NCBI RefSeq assembly: GCF_001598795.1
Contig: NZ_BCZP01000017.1
Coordinates: forward strand, 90,001 to 122,000
Length of the DNA: 32,000 nt
Direction of reading: 5' to 3'
Source: Delftia acidovorans NBRC 14950
GTDB taxonomy: Bacteria; Pseudomonadota; Gammaproteobacteria; Burkholderiales; Burkholderiaceae_C
The notes under the pieces are model-generated. The model was not told the origin of the DNA and made no database searches. It saw nothing but the letters and a program-made list of their open reading frames with translations. Both the position numbers and the translations under genes were made by a program. Of the stretch, positions 25,883-32,000 are shown in pieces; within the stretch, counting starts at the first letter, position 1, and each line of letters begins with the position of its first letter.

Positions 25883-27013
25883 ATGGCAAGCACCGTAGAC
25901 CAAGTCACCCAGCGCCGCCGCGGCGTCGGACTCATCGCCCACGACCCCGCCCTCTCGGCCGGCGGCTACACCCTGATCGCGCCGCAGACGGCCAACGGCC
26001 ATATCTACCTGGTGGACATCGAAGGCCGCGTGGCCCATGAATGGAAGCTGCCCGTGCGCGCGGGCCGGCACGCCGTGATCCTGCCCAACGGCAACCTGGG
26101 CTACAACGGCAACCACCCCCGCTCGCCCGATCGCTATGCGCCATGGTCCATGTGGCATGGCGGCGATTTCTACGAGGTCACGCCGCAGGGCGAGATCGTC
26201 TGGCGCCACGAGGACCCGGACCACCACCATGACGCGCAGTGGCTGCCCAACGGCCATCTGCTCTATGCCGCCTGCGCGCCCGTGCCTGCGGGCTTTGCCG
26301 AACGCGTACCCGGCGGCACCGCGCACGGGCCCGGCGAGGTGATGTACGGCGACGTGATCCGCGAAGTGGACCGCAGCGGCCGCCTGGTCTGGGAATGGAA
26401 GGCCTGGGAGCACCTGGCGCCCGAGGACTTCCCCATCCACCCGGGCTTTGGCCGCTACCACTGGCCGCTGGTCAACGGGCTGGGCGTGAGGGCCGACGGC
26501 AGCGTGCTCATGAGCCTGCGCACCACCTCCGGCATCATTGCCGTGGACAAGGCCAGCGGCGCGGTGAAGCTGCACATTCCGCCTTCCGTGGTCTCGCACC
26601 AGCATGCGCCCGTGGCGCTGGCCAACGGCCACATCCTGGCCTTCGACAACGGCAACTTCCGCGAAGGCGCCCACGTGGCCTTCTCGCGCGTGGTGGAGAT
26701 CGATCCTGCCGACCACCGCGTGGTCTGGAGCTACCAGGACGAGATGGTCAACGCCTTCTACACCGCCTTCATGGGCAATGCCCAGCGCCTGTGGAACGGC
26801 AACACCCACATCACCGAATCGGCCACGGGCCGGCTCTTCGAGGTCACGCCTGCGGGGGAGGTGGTCTGGGAATACATCCTGCCCTGGTTCGCCGAGTACC
26901 CCGATGCCGCAGCGCGCCGCACCGGCCCCGGACGGCTCAACAGCGTGTTCCAGACCTGGCGCTACCACGCGGACCAGCTCCCCTGGCTGGGCGCCGCCGG
27001 GAGGCTGTCATGA
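25883..27013 (+). CDS. arylsulfotransferase (ASST)-like beta-propeller protein
   Basis: The 376-aa product has a repeated propeller-like pattern (GHIYLVDIEGRVAHEWKLP, GEIVWRH, GRLVWEWK, HRVVWSY, GEVVWEY). The family call is by resemblance only. Confidence 0.5.
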   Translation: MASTVDQVTQRRRGVGLIAHDPALSAGGYTLIAPQTANGHIYLVDIEGRVAHEWKLPVRAGRHAVILPNGNLGYNGNHPRSPDRYAPWSMWHGGDFYEVTPQGEIVWRHEDPDHHHDAQWLPNGHLLYAACAPVPAGFAERVPGGTAHGPGEVMYGDVIREVDRSGRLVWEWKAWEHLAPEDFPIHPGFGRYHWPLVNGLGVRADGSVLMSLRTTSGIIAVDKASGAVKLHIPPSVVSHQHAPVALANGHILAFDNGNFREGAHVAFSRVVEIDPADHRVVWSYQDEMVNAFYTAFMGNAQRLWNGNTHITESATGRLFEVTPAGEVVWEYILPWFAEYPDAAARRTGPGRLNSVFQTWRYHADQLPWLGAAGRLS

Positions 27014-28008
27014 GCCTCAACCGCAGGCAACTGGCGGCCTGGATGCTGGGCGCGCCCTGGCTGTCACCGGCAGCCCGTGCGTCCACGGCTGGGGCCGACG
27101 CCTGGCCCAGCCAGCCGCTGACCGTGGTCGTGCCCTTTTCGCCGGGCGGCAGCGTGGACGTGGCCGCGCGCCTGGTCATGCCGCGCCTGGCGGAGCGGCT
27201 GCGCCAGCCCGTGGTCATAGAAAACACCGTGGGCGCCTCGGGCACCATCGCCACCCAGCGGGTGATCAAGGCCAGGCCGGACGGTCATACCGCGCTGTTC
27301 GGCGTGGCCAGCTGCGTGCTCATTGCGCCGCTGGTGTCGCCAGAGCGCTTCCGGTATGACGGCCTCAGGGAACTGCTGCCCGTGGCGCCCGTGGCCTCTT
27401 CGGCCTTCGTGCTGGCAGGCCGCCCCGACCTGCCAGCCACCACGGCGGCCGAGCTCGTGCAGCTGTCGCGCCAGCAGTCGGGCCGGCTGACCGTGGGCAC
27501 CGATGGCGTGGGCACCAGCCTGCACCTGACCGCAGAAATGCTCCAGCAACAGGCCGGCCTGTCATGGACGCATGTGCCCTACAAATCCGGCCCGCAGGCG
27601 CTGACCGAGCTGGCGGGCGGGCAGATCGACCTGGCCGTGCTGCCCGTGGCCCTGGTCCAGTCCTTCGTGCGCGAAGGCAAGCTGCGCGGCCTGGGCGTGA
27701 CCTCGCGCCTGCGCGCCGCCACCTTGCCGCAGACTCCCAGCCTGCAGGAAACACCGGTCTGGCAGTCCTTTGATGTCGAGGCCTGGCAGGGCCTGCTGCT
27801 GCCGGCCCGCACCGACGCCCGCATTGCCGAGCGCCTGGCCCGCGAGACCGCCGCCGTGCTGGCCGAGCCGGATCTGGTGCGCAAGCTCGCCGACGCCGGC
27901 TTCAAACCCATGGCCATGGAGCAAGCCCAGTTCATTGCCCACCTGGAGAGGGAGAGAAAGCTGCTGGAGGCCACGGTGCACGCCGCCCGAATCCACGGAG
28001 CGGGCTGA
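27010..28008 (+). CDS. Bug/TctC-family periplasmic substrate-binding protein
   Basis: This is the internal ATG at 27010 of track ORF 26239..28008. It overlaps the upstream stop (ATGA). The signal MSLNRRQLAAWMLGAPWLSPAARA is Tat-like, followed by the family motif VVVPFSPGGSVDVAARLV...VIENTVGASG. Confidence 0.85.
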   Translation: MSLNRRQLAAWMLGAPWLSPAARASTAGADAWPSQPLTVVVPFSPGGSVDVAARLVMPRLAERLRQPVVIENTVGASGTIATQRVIKARPDGHTALFGVASCVLIAPLVSPERFRYDGLRELLPVAPVASSAFVLAGRPDLPATTAAELVQLSRQQSGRLTVGTDGVGTSLHLTAEMLQQQAGLSWTHVPYKSGPQALTELAGGQIDLAVLPVALVQSFVREGKLRGLGVTSRLRAATLPQTPSLQETPVWQSFDVEAWQGLLLPARTDARIAERLARETAAVLAEPDLVRKLADAGFKPMAMEQAQFIAHLERERKLLEATVHAARIHGAG

Positions 28009-28062
28009 TGCGGCTGGGGTAGCCTCGGAGCGGCAGGTGCAGCAGGTGCGGCCGGCCAGGCC

Positions 28063-28833
28063 CTACTGCATGGCTCCGGGCGCGGCAAACGAGAAGCTGG
28101 CCATCTGCACCAGGGCCCGGCCCCGGGTCAACAGGTAGGAATGCGCAGGGGACTGCGCGCGTGGCTGCAGCCTGAAGAAGGATTTGCCGCCACAGCACTG
28201 GCCCACCATCTCGAACTCCGCGCCCTCCAGCCGGCAGCCCACCTGCAGGCCGGGCGCAGGCTCATGGGTGATGGCGGACAGCTGCGACAGGCGCAGCAGC
28301 GCATCGGGCTCGGGCAGCACGGTGCTTTGGGCACTGCCATCGGCATGCTCCACATGCACGGACCGGCCCGCCAGCGCATTGCGCGGATAGACGATCTCCA
28401 GCCCCGCGCATCCACCGCGCAGGCCGCGCTGCAGGCCTCCCTCCATGCCATCCAGGGCGCGCGCCCAGGCCGTGAAGCCCAGCCCGCGCGCCGACCCCGC
28501 GATGCGCACGCGCCATGCCAGGCGCAGGGCACCACAGTCCACTGCGGTTTCGTAGAGGACCTCGAAGCGGTCGTTTTTCTCGCGCAGGCTCAGTTCGCCG
28601 CTGCCATGCACGCAGCGGTCTCCTTGTTCATCACGCACCGCAAAGGCCACGGAGCGCAGGATCTCCAGGCTGCCGTAGCGGACGCTGCGCAGGCAGCCAT
28701 CGGCCAGTTCGGCACTGAGCGGCCCGGCCTGCAGCTGGCGGGGCCTGGACGACAAACGCCCTTCCCAGCCCGCAATGTCTACGGCCATGTTCCCGGCGAT
28801 GTTGCCGGCGGTTTCAGCGATCCATTGATTCAT
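28063..28833 (-). CDS. hypothetical protein
   Basis: The long ORF shows coding-like GC3 bias. The start is uncertain: ATG at 28833 (MNQWIAETAG) or GTG at 28929. I recognise no family. It is co-directional with, and downstream of, the GGDEF genes. Confidence 0.5.
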   Translation of the reverse strand: MNQWIAETAGNIAGNMAVDIAGWEGRLSSRPRQLQAGPLSAELADGCLRSVRYGSLEILRSVAFAVRDEQGDRCVHGSGELSLREKNDRFEVLYETAVDCGALRLAWRVRIAGSARGLGFTAWARALDGMEGGLQRGLRGGCAGLEIVYPRNALAGRSVHVEHADGSAQSTVLPEPDALLRLSQLSAITHEPAPGLQVGCRLEGAEFEMVGQCCGGKSFFRLQPRAQSPAHSYLLTRGRALVQMASFSFAAPGAMQ

Positions 28834-28953
28834 ATGCACATCCCAGCCCGTCCTGGACAGGGTGCCGATGCTATGGACGATCCGTGCGAATGAATAACGA
28901 TGTTTTCTGGCACTCGTCGTGAGCTGCACTCACAAGCCACACGCCACAAGCAG

Positions 28954-30156
28954 TCAGGCAGGCGTTGCGCTGGGGGCCGGCCGGGCCTGCTGCGGCTCCA
29001 GCACGGTGCAGTTGCGGCCCTGGGCCTTGCCACGGTAAAGCGCCGCATCGGCACGTGCAATGGTCGCCTCCACCGACTCGCCCGCGCGGTACTGCGCGGC
29101 GCCCAGCGTGCAGGTGACGCGGGCGCCCTCACCCAGGGTCTGCGTCCACGGGGCTTCGGCAATGCGCAGGCGCAGGCGCTCCAGCAATTCGCTGGCCTGG
29201 GCCAGGTCGGTGTCGGGCAGCACCAGCAGGAACTCCTCACCGCCATAGCGGCCCACGCCATCGGCACTGCGCAGCTGCGACTTCAGCAGCGTTCCGAAGG
29301 CGCGCAGCACGCGGTCGCCGCCCTCATGGCCAAAGCTGTCGTTGATGCGCTTGAAGTGGTCTATGTCCAGCAGCGCCACGCACAGCACCGTGCCACGGTC
29401 GTGGGCGGCGGTGCGCACCTCGTGCAGCCGCTCGATCACGCCCCGGCGGTTGCTGACGCCGGTCAGGTCGTCATGGCGCAGCAGGGCCTCGATCTGCGCC
29501 AGCGCCGTGGCCAGCTTGTCATTGGCGATGCCCAGCCGGTACTGCATGCTGCGAAAGAAGGTGGCCTGCACGCTGCAGCGCACCACGGCACCGAGCACCA
29601 CGCCGAAGGCCAGCAACTGGCCTGCAGCCGTGTCCGTGGTCATGCGCATCAGCGGCCCCCGCCAGAGAATGATGGCCGCCACGGCGATGAGCGTGCCTAT
29701 CCAGGTCAGCCAGAAGCTGGTGCGGCTGCGCGCCAGGAAACCGTCGGCACTGAAGGCGATCAGCATCACCATGGACTGGAACGCCAGCGCAGGGGCGGCC
29801 ATGACCATGCCCAGCACGCCGATGATGGACACCAGCTGGTGCGTGAGGAACATGCCCGGATCGCGCAGCCTGTGGCACCAGTCGCTGGCATAGGCCCAGG
29901 TGATGAAGCCCATGCCCGCCGCCACCCACAGGCCATAGCCCAGCACCACGGCCCAGGGCGCATAGCCGGCCCAGGCATGGCCCAAAAATAGCAGCAGCGC
30001 ATAGATATGGCTGACCAGAACGGAGATGTGCAGTTGCCAGGTGCGGCGCTTCCAGCGCTCCAGGTGCAGCGCCTCGTCCACCAACGGCGACGCCGGCTTC
30101 GGCCCCCACAGGAGACGGTCCGGGAAATTCCGAGAAATGGAGGAAAGCACGGGCAT
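28954..30156 (-). CDS. membrane-anchored diguanylate cyclase (GGDEF domain, canonical A-site and I-site)
   Basis: The N-terminal half is multi-TM, followed by DDLTGVSNRR, DIDHFKRINDSFGHEGGD and RSADGVGRYGGEEF (RxxD five residues before GGEEF). The start is at 30156 (MPVLSS), or possibly at 30198. Confidence 0.85.
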   Translation of the reverse strand: MPVLSSISRNFPDRLLWGPKPASPLVDEALHLERWKRRTWQLHISVLVSHIYALLLFLGHAWAGYAPWAVVLGYGLWVAAGMGFITWAYASDWCHRLRDPGMFLTHQLVSIIGVLGMVMAAPALAFQSMVMLIAFSADGFLARSRTSFWLTWIGTLIAVAAIILWRGPLMRMTTDTAAGQLLAFGVVLGAVVRCSVQATFFRSMQYRLGIANDKLATALAQIEALLRHDDLTGVSNRRGVIERLHEVRTAAHDRGTVLCVALLDIDHFKRINDSFGHEGGDRVLRAFGTLLKSQLRSADGVGRYGGEEFLLVLPDTDLAQASELLERLRLRIAEAPWTQTLGEGARVTCTLGAAQYRAGESVEATIARADAALYRGKAQGRNCTVLEPQQARPAPSATPA

Positions 30157-30241
30157 GCGAAGAAGCGCGGCGGGCCGGCGGCCCTCATGGGCGCCCATTG
30201 TGACCGCATCCGGGAAATCCCGGGGATTGCATCCTTCTCGC

Positions 30242-31456
30242 CTAGGAGGTACGTGGCGGCCGCACGTCCTCGGCCACCACGATCTGGTTGCGCCCGCAGG
30301 CGCGGCCATGTGCGAGGGCCGCTTCGGCACGCTGCACCAGCCGCTCCGAGGTTTCGCCTGCCTGGAACTCCGCCACGGCCAGGGTCAGGGTCAGCGGGTC
30401 CTTGTCGGGGTCGGGGATGGGCTTTTCGCTCCAGTGCTGCTGGCGCACGCCCTCGCGCACGCGCTGCAGCGCCCAGACGGCCTGGACGGAGGCGGTATCC
30501 GGCATCACCAGCATGAAGGTGTCATCGCGGTAGCGGCCTATGCCGTCCACCGTGCGCAGGTGGGTGACCAGCAGGCCGCTGAGCATGAGCAGCACCCGCT
30601 CCTGCAGCGATGGTCCCTTGTGCGGCGGGTGCACGCCCGCACGCTCCACCCAGGGGTCCAGCTCCAGCAGCACCACGCAAAACGGTTCGGGCTTGCGCGC
30701 ATGGCGCTCGCGCAGGCCATCGACGGCATCCATCAATCGCGAGTAATTGGCCACGCCGGTCAGCGTGTCGCGCCCCGTGGGCAATTGCAGCGAGCCCACG
30801 CGGGTCTGCAGCTGCTGCACATCGTCGGCCAGCTGGCCGCAGTAGCTGGACAGCTGCGCCAGTTCCTCGGTGTACTGGCGCTGCATGCGGCTCAGTGCCT
30901 GCCACAGGGCCAGCGCATGCACGGCCAGCGGCAGCAGCACGCTGGCCAGCCACAGAATGCGCACGGCGACCGAGCCCGGTGCCATCTGCGGCATGGGCCT
31001 GGCCACCACCACGGCGCAGAGCATGGCCAGCATGGCGCACAGCAGCACGATCTGGCCTGCGGGCAGGTGCAGCGCCTGCTCGCGCTCGCCATCCCAGGGC
31101 AGCCAGGCGATGGCGGCCAGCCACAGCAGGGCAGAGGCCCAGGCCAGCGAGGGCTGCCAGGCCGCCAGCAGCAAGGCCATCGTGGCCTGTATCCAGCCGT
31201 GGCCGCGCAGCGTCCGGGTCAGCGGCAGGCCGGCAGCATGGCAGCGCCAGACCCAGGCCATGCCGGCCAGGGCCGACAGCGCGGCGTAGGCCGCCCAGGC
31301 TTTCCATGAAGAAGGGCCGGCCAGCACATGGCCGGCCAGCAGGGCAGCCCCCACGGCCCAGGCCGCCAGGGGAAGAAGATGGGCGGACGCGCCGGCCGGT
31401 GGGTGGGCGGGCTGCGCTGGCGTGTGTTGTGGGGGATACGGCAGCTGGCGTGACAT
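30242..31456 (-). CDS. membrane protein with a degenerate GGDEF domain (A-site lost, RxxD retained)
   Basis: The ATG at 31456 has GAGGA upstream. The N-terminal half is multi-TM. The GGDEF-like domain reads DTLTGVANYS, ELDPWVERAGVHPP and RTVDGIGRYRDDTF, so the GG[DE]EF position is RDDTF. Confidence 0.75.
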   Translation of the reverse strand: MSRQLPYPPQHTPAQPAHPPAGASAHLLPLAAWAVGAALLAGHVLAGPSSWKAWAAYAALSALAGMAWVWRCHAAGLPLTRTLRGHGWIQATMALLLAAWQPSLAWASALLWLAAIAWLPWDGEREQALHLPAGQIVLLCAMLAMLCAVVVARPMPQMAPGSVAVRILWLASVLLPLAVHALALWQALSRMQRQYTEELAQLSSYCGQLADDVQQLQTRVGSLQLPTGRDTLTGVANYSRLMDAVDGLRERHARKPEPFCVVLLELDPWVERAGVHPPHKGPSLQERVLLMLSGLLVTHLRTVDGIGRYRDDTFMLVMPDTASVQAVWALQRVREGVRQQHWSEKPIPDPDKDPLTLTLAVAEFQAGETSERLVQRAEAALAHGRACGRNQIVVAEDVRPPRTS

Positions 31457-31613
31457 GGCATCCTCGCTGAAGACATCTGCGCCCCGGCCGAGCGCGCAAG
31501 CCATGGTGTACCACAACCCCGCGCAGCTTCAAGGGTCTTGCCGGCTCCGGCCGACACCGCCAAAGCCGTCGCCAGGGCCGCTTCAGGCGGGGGTCAGGCG
31601 GACTCAGCCAGAC

Positions 31614-32000
31614 TCAACCCGGTGCCGGCCCGGCCTCCTGCACGGGAGGCACGGGAGCCACGGCAGGCGCAGCAGACGTGGAAGCCAGCACGGCTCCCGG
31701 CTTCCTGCGGTTGCCATCGGCCTGGGTGCCGCAGCTGTGGCAATAGTGCACAAAGGCGCTCTTGCGGGTATTGCAGCTGCCGCAACGGTCGAACAGGCCT
31801 ATGCCGCAGTGGGGGCAGAAATCGATGGCGCCGTCCTTCAGGTCCACGGGGCGCTCGCAGCCCGGGCATACGCCCTTGGCCAGGCGGGCCAAGGCCACGT
31901 CGTAGCCCAGTTCCTGGCGCCGCTGCGTCTCGGGCAGTGACTCCTGCTGCTTTTGCCGCTCCAGGTAGCGGTTCAGGCCCAGAATGGCCGCACGCCCCAG
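31614..32000 (-). CDS. zinc-ribbon domain protein; N-terminal part lies outside the window
   Basis: The frame is open from nt 32000, and the track's GTG at 31898 is internal. The product contains CPGCERPV...FCPHCG...CGSCNTRKSAFVHYCHSCG (four CxxC pairs) and ends in an Ala/Pro-rich tail. Confidence 0.6.
   Translation of the reverse strand: MGRAAILGLNRYLERQKQQESLPETQRRQELGYDVALARLAKGVCPGCERPVDLKDGAIDFCPHCGIGLFDRCGSCNTRKSAFVHYCHSCGTQADGNRRKPGAVLASTSAAPAVAPVPPVQEAGPAPG

Overview
This is a high-G+C chromosomal segment that looks like a Burkholderiales/Comamonadaceae-type betaproteobacterium. That placement is an inference from two Bug/TctC-family binding proteins, the paa genes and strong GC3 codon bias. 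I support 31 protein-coding genes, two of them cut by the window edges. From left to right they are:
- a minus-strand phenylacetate module: paaG-paaI-paaK, a TetR regulator and a LivJ-type binding protein
- a Bug binding protein, then hemE, priA and a lipoprotein asparaginase
- a four-gene minus-strand envelope glycosylation operon: ArnT-like GT, GT2, GtrA and a YdjC/ChbG deacetylase
- an AEC transporter
- a four-gene minus-strand operon: unknown 248-aa protein, small GTPase and two Roadblock/LC7 proteins
- rep, a small lipoprotein, pldA, a small Cys/His-rich orphan, uspA and tgt
- a LysR regulator divergent from an arylsulfotransferase-like gene plus a second Bug gene
- an orphan, two membrane GGDEF proteins (one canonical, one degenerate) and a partial zinc-ribbon protein

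I found no rRNA, tRNA, CRISPR array, transposase or integrase.

The best candidate for an undescribed system is the conservon-like GTPase/double-Roadblock operon at 16020-18182. Its lead protein is uncharacterised and there is no sensor kinase.

The second most interesting region is the 525-bp hemE-priA spacer. It is the only strongly AT-rich island in the window and carries same-orientation DnaA-box-like 9-mers, including one perfect TTATCCACA.

Most long ORFs in the supplied track are antisense or alternate-frame artefacts of the high G+C content. All family assignments come from motif recognition by eye; no database search was run.
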